Below the pieces are notes generated by a model, which had not been told where the DNA came from, made no database searches, and saw nothing but the letters and a program-made list of their open reading frames with translations. From the NCBI GenBank assembly GCA_040285855.1, contig JAUFOQ010000003.1:1798001-1862000 (forward strand): a stretch of DNA of 64,000 nucleotides, given 5' to 3'. The DNA is from Eukaryota sp. GEM-RC1 (lineage: Eukaryota). Made by a program: the position numbers and the translations under genes. Position 1 is the stretch's first letter. Every line of letters starts with the position of its first letter. Positions 34,964 through 46,200 of this stretch are shown in pieces.

Positions 34964-37900
34964 ATGGGCTTCCTCTTTAAAAAGTAGTAAAAAGGAATCC
35001 ACTACTACCTCAGATACTCAACAACTCCAACCTCCACCAACTGATGAATTACAGGAAATTTTTCTCGAGCTCTTAGATGACTTAATGATTCAGGGAACAC
35101 AGCGCACTCAAATGCTTTCTATGCCTGACAAAACTAAATGGACTATCATACTTTCAAACCGTTCATTGGAAGACTTACAAAAACGCTCCACCAAAACTGA
35201 TGAACAACCAGAATTCCTTTCATCTGCACTTCAAGCTGAACCCAATGTATCTTATGCTCGTACTCTTCGTGTTAAACTCTCTACTGGTCAGCAGAAGTGG
35301 CTTCAATCCTTTCTGGCATTCAATAATGGCCTTAAAGCAATAACAAAATCATTAACTTTTGCAAACGACGTACTTCTGTCGTCCCTTCATGGTGATGGTT
35401 CTGTTCTTCCCTGACCAGATTGAACTTCAACTTGAATTACTGCTCTGCGTACGAGCTCTTGTTAACGCTGAGTACTCTAGCAAGGTTGTTATCTGTGATC
35501 AAGCTCTGGTTAATCAAGTCTTGGCTTCTTTATATTGCCCTAAATACACTCAATCACTTTCACGAATGCCTCTGGTTGGAAAGAAGATCATTACGGCCTT
35601 GGAAATTGTTACTGCTGTTTGTTTATTGTCTTCTAGTGGCTTTTTATCAGTCTTGGAGGCTACTGGTGAGTCACAATCTGGTGATCTTTCTGGTTCAACA
35701 TCTTGGCACTGGCGAGACCTCTGTAATTTAATTAGTTTTTCGTCTCTTGATGTCAAGCTTATGGCGCTTATTTTTATTAATTCACTGTTATCTAAAGTTG
35801 AAGCTCTACATCATCGAATTTCTCTCAGGAAATCAATTCTATCTGCTGGACTAGGATTGTTGTTGGATGATCTGGGGAAGCTCAACAGTGATCTCAATTA
35901 TCACGTGTCGTTGTTTTTAGTAGCTCAAAATGATGACGAGGATGATTTAGCTGCAGAAAAGGAAGTTTTGAAGTTTCATGAGTTTTCGAGAACATCCTCA
36001 ATCGCCACCCAAGTTTCGTTACTTGATCAAGGAGAACTTCCCAAACTAGACTGTTCGGTCCAAGTTTCGTCCAAGCTATTTTTATCAAATAAGTTCACTC
36101 TAACAGAGATAACTGGTGATGTCATTAGTACTTCAGAGATTCCTGATGAAAGGCCATCAGAATCAACTAGAGACGATGTAAAACCACATGAATCACCTGT
36201 TGGTAAAACTCCTAAACGTCCACCTCCACCAGTTCCTTCTGATCAAACTAAGTCCCTTACTGAGACCTCTTCTTCAACTAGTTCCTCTTCTGTAGATCTC
36301 TCACCAAAACGACCATGTCCTCCCCCACCACCTCTCCCTAATGCATCGGCTATTGTTCCTCCTCCTCTTCCGGGAACGTCTGGTCCTCCCCCGCCACCAC
36401 TTCCTGGCATGTCCGGACCTCCTCCGCCACCACTTCCTGTTGCTAAACCTGGTCCACCTCCACCTCCTCTTCCTGGAATGTCTGGACCTCCTCCGCCACC
36501 ACTTCCTGTTGCTAAACCTGGTCCACCTCCACCTCCTCTTCCTGGAATGTCTGGATCTCCACCTCCACCACCCATGCCAGGTGCTTCTACAGTTCCTCCT
36601 CCACCCCTCCCTGGAATGTCTGGACCTCCACCTCCTCTCCCTGGTCTAAACCTAGGCGTCCCTCAACTAGGAGTCCAAAAGAAGAAAGAACCTAAACCTC
36701 CCATACCAGTTAAATCCTTCCATTGGGACAAGATCAACCCACGTTCTCTTAAGGAATCCTCCATCTTCTCTACCTTAGATTCTAACAATATTCCCCTCCA
36801 ACGGAATGAACTATACCAAATGTTCTGTCTAAAGAAACCAGCCACGTCTTCCTCGTCCACGTCTTCTCCTAAGCCTTCACCATCCCAATCATCTCCTATA
36901 GTGTCGTTGTTAGGTGGACAACGGTCAAAAACCATTGCTATTGTATTGATTACTCTGCGTACAGATTTTGATCTGATTGCATCTGCTCTAATGTCGTTTG
37001 ATTCGTCTGTTATTACTAGCGATCGTGCTAAAATGCTACTTACAGCTCTGCCCACACAAGAAGAAATTGAATTAATACGAAATTTTGACGGAAACACCGA
37101 GAAACTAGACACTGCAGAGAAATTCATATTCAAAGTCATGGATATACCCAGACTCTCAGAACGACTCGAGTGTTTATCTTTCCAAAAGAAACTTCCAGAG
37201 TATCTTCAGAACATCGAAGACCTTTGTACCAGACTTAAAGATTTCTGCTATTCTCTCTTGTCCTCCTCCAAGTTCTCCACCTTACTAGAGACAGTTCTAG
37301 CCATTGGAAATGCCCTGAATGCTGGTAGTTTCAAAGGGGGAGCAACTGCCTTTAAACTGGAGTCTTTATTGAAATTACCTGATACGAAAGGTTTGAATAA
37401 TACGACGCTGCTTCATTATCTAGTAGAGCTGCTTACCACTCACAAGGAGTTTCTGGCTAAATCAATTCATTTATGGTATGAAGATTTAAAATATTTAGAT
37501 AGTTTTGAGAGAGAATCGTTGGGAGTAGCTAAATCTGACATGGGAGATGCTAGGAAGATGATGGTGGTTGTTGAAGAAGCTTTGTCGGGAGAGTTTTCCA
37601 ATGATGGAAATGATATGTTTGAACTGAAGTTGAAGCAATTTCATGATGAAGTTTCAGCTTATTTTGGAAGAGTTTCAGAGTTGGTTCAAGAGACGGAGAA
37701 ACTTGCTACGGAGGCTGTTGAATATGTTGGAGAGAATCCAAAGAAATTTGAACTTGAAAATCTAACTAAAATTTTGATTGAGTTTAAGTCGTTGTTTAAA
37801 AAGGCATTAGAAGAGGTCAAAAAGCAACGGGAGAGTCAGAAATCACGAGAAAGTTCCAGAGAAAGCTCTCCAGCCAAAGCTCGTAGTTCTATTAGTGCAG

Positions 37901-38039
37901 AGTCTAATATTAAACCAAGTCCTCTTGCTTCTAGACTGGGACCAAAGGAGTTAATCCCGCAGCCAATGGACTGCTGGATTCTCTGCTAGGAGAATTGAAG
38001 TCTGGAAAGGCTTTTGCCAAGCGTAAGCCTATGAGCTAA
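34964..38039 (+). CDS. Diaphanous-related formin (GBD/FH3, FH1 polyproline, FH2, DAD); several 1-nt shifts
   Basis: FLELLDDL..MPDKTKW (GBD); PPPPPLPG repeats; VKSFHWDKI, LAIGNALNAG..GFKL-like (TAFKLESLLKL), TLLHYL; terminal GLLDSLLGELKSGKAF DAD in a shifted frame ending TAA 38039. Confidence 0.92.
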
Positions 38040-38145
38040 GTTTTAACGTAGGTTGTTGTGTATTTTTTGTGTTGTATTTTGCCTTTTTGTATATGTTAGT
38101 TTCGTAAAGAAACTATAAATTTATTTATTTTGGATTTTTTATGAG

Positions 38146-39067
38146 AAAAGGAAAATTAACAAGTCAGACAACATTGGGTAAATTGACAGAACTCTTTGAG
38201 AGAGTGTAACAGCTCCATCGTCGTCAGAGTTGTTCTCGGTCTCTTCTGAGCCCTAAGGCTGACACGACAGGTGTTTGTATTCTTGGATATCTTGATATAG
38301 ATTGTCTTGTTGAGTAGCTCAACACAACAATTTAAGAAGTAATTTCAATAGATTAGCTTTTATTATGATATGCATTTTTGTACCCTCCATCAATACACTG
38401 TTGTATTTCAATAGATTATTTCACCCTGAACAAACAAAAATCAATAATGGCTGTATCTTCAACACAAAAATGTGTAATTACAATGATGCAAATAATTTTT
38501 GTTGTTTCACTGAGCTTTTCTTACATCACTCACTATCACTGATAGCCTCAACCTGCTCATTATTGACATTAAGTGGATTTGGTTCAACAATTCGGCGTAC
38601 TGTGTCCACACTCCACAAATGTTTGTTGTAATTGAGAAACAACTGTTTCTCTAATGATGCATTGAAAGACTGTGTCGACAAAGACCGATAGTTGGTCCAG
38701 CTTGACATCTACATTTATGACGAATCAGTAACTAATTACACATTTTTGTGTTGAAGATACAGCCATTATTGATTTTTGTTTGTTCAGGGTGAAATAATCT
38801 ATTGAAATACAACAGTGTATTGATGGAGGGTACAAAAATGCATATCATAATAAAAGCTAATCTATTGAAATTACTTCTTAAATTGTTGTGTTGAGCTACT
38901 CAACAAGACAATCTATATCACGATATCCAAGAATACAAACACCTGTCGTGTCAGCCTTAGGGCTCAGAAGAGACCGAGAACAACTCTGACGACGATGGAG
39001 CTGTTACACTCTCTCAAAGAGTTCTGTCAATTTACCCAATGTTGTCTGACTTGTTAATTTTCCTTTT
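38146..39067. repeat. Long inverted repeat (335-bp arms, 252-bp spacer)
   Basis: 38146-38480 is the reverse complement of 38733-39067 with no indel and one mismatch seen. Confidence 0.95.
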
Positions 39068-39314
39068 GTTACCACTAAGCTAATAGCGCTATTAGCTTAG
39101 TGGTAACAAAAGGTCTGCTGCTCTTCAAAGGTCGAAGGTTCGAGTCCGGGTGAGGTCAAACAAGTAATAGTATGTCCTAAAACATGGACCACACAGAGGT
39201 GAGCTATTTCCTGGAGGTACTGCTAAGCTGGTAGCGTAAGAAAGACCCGACGAAGGGCACCAGCAAACCTTTTGTTACCACTAAGCTAATAGCGCTATTA
39301 GCTTAGTGGTAACA
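39062..39314 (+). mobile_element. tRNA-derived (A-box/B-box) 206-bp unit with 33-bp TIRs and palindromic junctions
   Basis: Perfect palindromes 39062-39113 and 39273-39314; A box TAGCTTAGTGG 39093, B box GGTTCGAGTCC 39137. Confidence 0.65.
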
Positions 39315-39447
39315 CTTTTTCATTTTTATTGACAAAGAAACAACGCCTTTGTTGCGCAATTACAGTACTGGTACAGGAATTGAGTTTACCAATAGATACA
39401 TGAAGTCTAAACTAAATAATGCAACAACATGTCCTCTATTTTTGTTC

Positions 39448-39848
39448 TTATGTCCAGGACGATCCATCTTCGGTGTAGATTTCTCTTCCAAAGGGCCATA
39501 CGCTTAGCTTAGCTAATCTCCAGTTGGCTATCCCGAACGGAATTGTGATGATAAGTAAGAAGAAGAAGATTGCAAAAGAAGATGAATTAGTGGAATCCAA
39601 AAGAAGAAAATTAAATTAATTACATTGAACACTGTAGTTAAAACGTCCTGATCTGAGTCAGCAATTGGCTTAATTCTTCGCCCAAAGGGTAGTAAGGCAA
39701 CAAAGGCAAATCGAACCATTTGGTAAGCAAAAGGAAGACCAATAATAGTTATGGCTAAGAAGAAAGCAGCAATAAGATATTCAATGAAGAACGCCCACCC
39801 AATTAGGATAACCCAGACAATATTGAGGAATAGCTGTTTACCATTCAT
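39448..39848 (-). CDS. yccF: YccF-domain inner-membrane-type protein (two repeats); 1-nt shift near 39575
   Basis: LNIVWVILIGW..ITIIGLPFAYQ..ALLPFGR and second repeat IITIPFGIANWRLAKLSVWPFGR. Confidence 0.85.
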
Positions 39849-39979
39849 TTTGGAAATTATTGAGAATGACTAGAAGAATTGATAGTTCGCAGATCACAGA
39901 AGTAGAACTCATATACCAGTAAGCTCTACTTCCATTCCACTTCATCTCCCTTCTCTCACTACATGAAAGAATGTTCTGT

Positions 39980-40278
39980 TGAACGTTTCCAGAACTCCCG
40001 AAGCTCTTTTCAACCCTGCCAAACCTGATTTATGATTGCTCTTAGCTATTATTTACCTGAACCTGCCATGATTGGTCTTGAATCTCCCGCTATTCATGAA
40101 CAAACCTACAAGTCTATCATGAATCGACAAACGTATGGAGAAGGAAATGATCAACCAAGCTCCTCCTGCTGTAAAGATTAAGATTGTTGCTCCCCCAGAA
40201 AGAAAGTACTCTGTATAGATTGGAGGTTCCATTTTGTCATCTTTGACCACCTATGAATCTATGTGGATTACTCGTGAA
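39980..40278 (+). pseudogene. ACT: Actin C-terminal pseudogene fragment
   Basis: [65 protein letters not shown]; internal deletion, W-to-stop, truncated. Confidence 0.88.
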
Positions 40279-41100
40279 CATGTTATACCCTCTATGTGTA
40301 TTGATTGTCCGTTAGGGGATTTTCCCTGTGTTCGGTAGTTCGACTCCGTTTTAAATGATAGTTCAGATAAATATGAGTTTGTGCTGGAATAAATCACCTA
40401 TATCTATAGTAAATCGCAACTCAAAGTGACATTCAAGTTACAATATTTACTACTTCGACAACTGCTCAATATCGATGAATTGATTTAGTTTCAGATATTG
40501 GGGTCTTGTAGTGTGTTCCTTGTTATAAAGATACTAGTATGTCATTGTGCTCATTTTCAACATCTTTCATAAATCATGTATATCTTATAGTTTTCAACAA
40601 ATGTTGTATCACCAAATGTTGTTGTTACAAATGTTGTCAGTTTCAGTATGTCAAGATGTCACTGTAGACAACATCTATAAATAGTGTGAATTTATATTTG
40701 AGTCTAATTGCTTGGAGAGATGTCTATGGATACTTGTGTCCTGAGATCTCTCTCCTTCTTCTTTTCATCAACCAAACACGATCACGTGTTTAAGGATATG
40801 CCAAGAGAACATATTTTCTCGAGGCGTTCCTTTGTTCTACCTTTGTTACATGGTTTGTTTACTCACTTTTCGTCACTCAAACACGATCACGTGTTTAAGG
40901 ATGTGCCAAGAGAACATATTTTCTCGAGGCGTTCCTTTTTCTCTCATGGATTCTCGAATTATTCTATGTTGTTTCTTCTTTTGTTGTTGTTAGGGAAAGT
41001 CTTGAGTTCGTCTCAGTCGTTGTTTTGTTTTTACGATCATAAAGTCAGCACTTGTATGGTTTTTCTACAATCAAGTCTCCAGTCATCACAATTTCTCCGT

Positions 41101-41142
41101 GATTTGACTATGGACGGAGACATAGAGTCAAACCCTGGCCCA
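41101..41142 (+). other. 2A (StopGo) ribosome-skipping peptide
   Basis: DLTMDGDIESNPG/P fits the D(V/I)ExNPGP consensus, preceded by FLR. Confidence 0.9.
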
Positions 41143-41600
41143 GAAATTGCTTTTGGTGGTATTAGTCCTCTGGGTGATGAAACATGGCTAGAATCTTCAC
41201 ATTTAAATTTTGGGCATCACTTGATAGCACAAAAGTACCCTTTGCTGCAGAGATTATAGGAGATTTCGACCCTATGGAGTTTGGCAGCGCTATACGAAAT
41301 CAAGATAATTTGGCTGATGTTTCTGTAACCATTAAATCTAACAATGTTGGTAAAGTGTTGGTAGTAGTGCCTATTAATGATGCTATAACTGCATTATTTC
41401 CTGGAAGTCATTGGGGACTTGCTATTTACGATCTTGCTTTGAGTCATTTGTATTTCGCAGATTCCCTTAATGGAAAAATGTTCTTAAATTCAACCAAAGA
41501 ACATGTAGCACGTGCTAGCAATCTTTTTATCCTCACAATCTAAGTGTACCACAACAAAACAATGACTATGATTGTGGAATTTTTGTTTTATATTGTGATT
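41143..41600 (+). pseudogene. Ulp1/SENP8-like C48 protease domain 1 (spread over several reading frames)
   Basis: ETWLESSHL, VVVPIND..GSHWGLAIYD..YFADSL and, in a shifted frame, VPQQNNDYDCGIFVLY. Confidence 0.75.
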
Positions 41601-42890
41601 GAAACCTTGTATAAAAGCTTCAATAACCAGCTTTTGAATCAAGTTGATTTGCAGCATAAACTTCCAATATTGGCGGAGAAAGTGCAATCACTGCAAGAAT
41701 TGATCAATAACAACGACCCAGAAACTGAGCCAAAACAATTAGAAGACGCAAAGAATGACTATCAAAATGCCGTCAATCAGTTGATAGTTATTGATTTGAA
41801 GTATAAACTTGCAATATTGGCGGAGAAAGTGCAATCACTGCAAGAATTAATCAGCAACAACGACCCAAAAACTCAGGTAAAGCATTTAGAAAAGGCACAG
41901 AATGACTATCAAAATGCCATCAATCAGTATTACACAGAATACAATCGGTTGTTAGGTTTAAGTCATTGTACCGCATTCACCACATGTCAATTCGATTTAT
42001 CTTATCAAACTTTTGATCCCACAGTATACAGGACTATGTTAAATAATGAAATACGGAAATACCTAGGGTTACCTACTGACGTTCATTCAACCCAATCTCA
42101 ACAACAAATGAATATATCTGTTGGTACTTCTGCGATATCCGAACCTTCAACACTTATGTCATCTCCTGATGAAATTCCAGATTCAAATCCCAATGCTCTG
42201 ACACAAAGTGAATTACAACAGGTTTCAGAGGCAATCCAATCTTTGTCACCTGATGGTTGGATTGTGGACGATTGTGTTAATTGGTACTCTCAACATTTGA
42301 TGGAGATATATGGAGTTGATTTAAACGTCTTTGTAACTCCTGGATCTGTTCAATCATTTTTAGTTCATGAAAATCAATCTCTTCACGAGTTTTTCATCAA
42401 CAAGATTCTTCAGGAAAATTCTAGATATCTGTTTCTTCCTATAAATGACGCATTGATTAACGAAAGTTCTGGTATACATTGGGGTTTGATTGTAATCGAT
42501 ACACATGATGAACTTTTCATCTTTCTCGATCCTCTTTATGATGTTGAAGATCACAGACAAGATGTTGGTAAAAATTTATATGAAATTAATTCTTTTTTGA
42601 ATCAAGTTATTTCGAAAGTAGATGAAACTCTTCATCAACTCAATTATCGACTCATTATTGTTCCAGTGATAGAGAAGCAAACACCAAATGATTGTGGAAT
42701 TTATGTTCTTGAGTATATGAGAGGACTTTTAGAACTTCTCACTTCACATGAATTATCAGATCAACCTCTTATTCAAGCTGCTGGTATATTGTTGCAAAAC
42801 TCTATCAATGCTCAAGAGAGTAGGCAAGTAATAAAATTGTATCTTCAATCTTTACAACCAACTATAGTTCCACCTACACTTCCTCAGTAA
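41544..42890 (+). CDS. Helical repeat region plus Ulp1/SENP8-like C48 protease domain 2
   Basis: DGWIVDDCVNWY, LFLPIND..SGIHWGLIV..FLDPL, KQTPNDCGIYVLEY (H-D-C triad); duplicated ~49-aa LAEKVQSLQELI repeat. Confidence 0.82.
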   Translation: MYHNKTMTMIVEFLFYIVIETLYKSFNNQLLNQVDLQHKLPILAEKVQSLQELINNNDPETEPKQLEDAKNDYQNAVNQLIVIDLKYKLAILAEKVQSLQELISNNDPKTQVKHLEKAQNDYQNAINQYYTEYNRLLGLSHCTAFTTCQFDLSYQTFDPTVYRTMLNNEIRKYLGLPTDVHSTQSQQQMNISVGTSAISEPSTLMSSPDEIPDSNPNALTQSELQQVSEAIQSLSPDGWIVDDCVNWYSQHLMEIYGVDLNVFVTPGSVQSFLVHENQSLHEFFINKILQENSRYLFLPINDALINESSGIHWGLIVIDTHDELFIFLDPLYDVEDHRQDVGKNLYEINSFLNQVISKVDETLHQLNYRLIIVPVIEKQTPNDCGIYVLEYMRGLLELLTSHELSDQPLIQAAGILLQNSINAQESRQVIKLYLQSLQPTIVPPTLPQ

Positions 42891-43261
42891 CAACATTGTA
42901 GATCGGACACTGGAAAGAAAAAATCTCCCAAAACTAATCAACCTGCTGGGAAAGAAATAAATCTTCTGAAACTTCTGAAAGTACTACACGTCTGTCATCT
43001 CGTCGTAAAACTCTAGAAGTAACTAATAAAAGTTCATCAAGTTATTCTTCAACATCTGACACATCCGTAAAAAACTCTAAAGCACGACGGCTAGAACGGA
43101 AACCAAAAAGTGTCATTCGTCAGTAATTCATCGTCCACAAGAACAAGTTTCTAAACGTCAACAGAGACTGTATAATCAATCTAGTGGTTGTACAAAATTC
43201 CCTAAAACTGACGAAGAATGTCAAAGCTCGCAAGTAGTTGAAGGTTCAACTGGTTCTTTGA

Positions 43262-46200
43262 ATGAATTTCCTGAAATTCCAGTTGTTAAAGGAAAAAAGG
43301 AAAAAGAATCAAGAATTCCATTTATTGACATTGCAACTGATACTGTTGTTGATGACTCCCCTTCCTACAGTTTTTATAATTGATATTGAAACAAGAAATA
43401 TCAATGAGAGAATTCCTTCAAGAGTGAACAAAGAATTGAATGAACATCGTAAAACAGAAAAAGAGTCTTTGAAACAGAGAAGATCTTTAATGAATGATTT
43501 TGAGAAAGAAGCTCACGACTTTGATTTTCTCTCAGAACAACAAATCATCATGATCTCTGTCATTATTGCAAAACTACAACCCGATGGTAAGTTACAATTT
43601 GACAACTCAATCGTTCTTTACACTGACTACAACTATAAAATCAAATTCAGTGAATCAGAAACACCAGCTTTTAAATTAGATCTTTTGGACTTCCCAAATG
43701 AAAACGAATAATTGGTTACATACGCTAATATTGTTAATCAATATAAACCAAATGCTTTTATTGGACATAACATTTTCAATTTTGATTTGCCCATAATTGA
43801 CAATAGAATGTGGGCTCTTGACCTTCCTCTTTTAACAAATCCAAATCCAATTCAGTTGCCTTTACATAGTAGATGGCTGGATATCATAAAAGATCACAAT
43901 GGTTTTACAGTTTTGGATACCTTTTTGTTTGCAAAGAAGTATATTGGTCTCAAGTATGGTTGTAGTCTAGCCAATTTATCTTGGAATTTACTTTCTGAAC
44001 CCAAATTGAAATTGGATAAAGACTTGGACCACTTACTCCCAGTTGATTGTTTAAGAAGTGATAAAAGAATGAAAACGCTAATCAACTACTGTCTTCATGA
44101 TTCAATTTTGGCGTTTAAATTGTTTATTTTATTTCAAAAAGACAAAATTGTTTTTCAATCATGGGCTTCTATTAAAACGTCAGTTGTTAGTGTGGTAAAA
44201 CATCAAGAAGTTCAAGATGCAATGCTTTTAGGATCTCAGTTCTACAATGCGTTAAGACAACAGACTACAATGTGTGTTAAAGAATATCTGTTGGCTCGCT
44301 ATCGTCTTGGACAAGATTTGTCTAAGTTTGATTACAAGTTATTTTATCATACAATGCTTTCAATTAGAAATCTTTCATCTAAAGTTCATAACTTTAAAAT
44401 TCCAAATAATTGTCCTATACGAACGATTGATACAGATCTTCGTGATTTTGTTGCTGGAGAAGGTATTTATACTGCCAATTCAAACTATCCTGGATATAAG
44501 CACTGTGTTACTGATACATTTGGCACATGTCATTTACCAGAACTTGATCTTGATCATATCAGCAGAGCTTTTGAATACACTACTCAGTATGAAATGTGGC
44601 CTGCGTTTGAACTAAATATTCGTCGCAATTATGAGTTGTACATTAAAAGATTTATCAATACAGTAATGGGTAAGAAAGAGTTTGAAAAGGGAATGAAAGA
44701 GAGTCGTAATTTAGTTTTAGGTCCAGAACTTGCAAGACTAACAGGACGTGAAGCTCAAAAATTCACTAGTTACTTCAGATGTCGATTAAAGATGTTGAAA
44801 GACCAGATTTTGTATCGACCTAGAGATGAAGCCTTACAGTATATTAATTCTTTTAACTCTGCCACTCACCCTGAAAATGTTAAGTTTATTGATGAAGTTT
44901 CTAAAGTTTTTAATGACGATTTCAGTATGTTAATATTTGAACAGATCAATTCCCTAATGGCTGATAAAATTCCACAATTACTTCAAAGATTTAACATCAT
45001 ATTTCCTACTTCAATCACTGCTAACGACAATGAAACTGTAGACGTTCATAATTTACTTTACACAGTTCAGGAGTATCCACTTCATTTTCTAAGAAATTCT
45101 CTTCAAATCTCAGATTACTTGGAATCCAAGGGTGCTAAGTTGTATAATGTAATTCCTCTAAGTTTAGAGAATACTCCTTGTTTTTTCCCAATAGATACCA
45201 GAACTCTTTGGGGACTGGCTAAGCACTGTTTTGGATATAAGAATAATGACAAGAAGATTGGTCCTTTACATTCAAAAGTGACTAATTACATGTCTGCTGG
45301 TCAGATCATCAACATGACCCATTCTCAACAACAAGATTACTGGAAAAGATGGTTTAACTATGATGACAGAAGTTTTCACAAAGCCAATTTTGAATTCAAC
45401 AACTATGCTGTAACTGATGGAATTTCGATTTGTTTTCAATTTGTGAGAAAGGATCTGAAAGGAATGAAATGTAAACCTGATTCAAGTAAAGCTTCAGTAA
45501 AAGTACAATATTTCAATGAATGTGATAGGTCTGATTTTATTTCTAAACAAATGGTTTATGTGGACATTGGAAAGAGAGATATGCTACAACTTGCATCTAA
45601 ATCAAATAGGGAAACTCAAAATCCTCTAAAAAAATACAACTTTTTACGATTGACATATGCTGAGTGGTCTAGAGTTTCAAGAAAGCACAAAAGAATCCAC
45701 CAGTACCTTGTTAGAAGGAGATCAGGTACTACTACCGTGAGAGCAGGTGATGATATTCCAATAACTGTGACAATGAAAATTGAGAAATGGAACACTTGGT
45801 TAAGTGAAGAACAGGATTCTAAAACTGTTAATTACACTAAATTTAGAAAGTTTATTCTGGCTAAATGTATTCACTACAATGCAACTAAAGACTTCTATGC
45901 TTTGCATATATGGAGGATTCACAAAATCCAAAATCATGTCCATAAGCAAAAGACAGAGTCTAAATTGGTTAACAGCATTGTAAAAACTTTTGGTAGCCGT
46001 GACAAAATCGTACTATGTATTGGTGATTTAGGCCAGAAGCCAATCACCAACTTAAAGCACAGTCCACCATCCAGAACTAAGACTTGGACTTCATTCTTTC
46101 AGAGAAATGGTTTTCTAACAGTGTTGAATGATGAGAGAAACACTTCGTCCAAGTGTCCAGAATGTCATGAAGATGTTTTTGAAACTTCTATTGAGGTTGT

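Noticed and set aside
36243..37139. Gly-rich and other antisense or overlapping short ORFs (e.g. 36243..36575, 6739..7230, 20482..20970, 52900..53310)
   Set aside because: Shadows of real genes on the opposite strand or frame, with no independent motifs.
38985..39030. Hammerhead ribozyme at CTGACGA in the foldback arm
   Set aside because: No stem II followed by the GAAA core was found.
39086..39160. Functional tRNA gene
   Set aside because: A and B boxes are present but the acceptor, anticodon and T stems do not pair; treated as a tRNA-derived element.
42888..43711. TAA reassigned to Gln (alternative genetic code)
   Set aside because: Host genes end in TAA, TAG and TGA and long host ORFs have no internal TAA; the 43709 stop aligns with Leu, not Gln.
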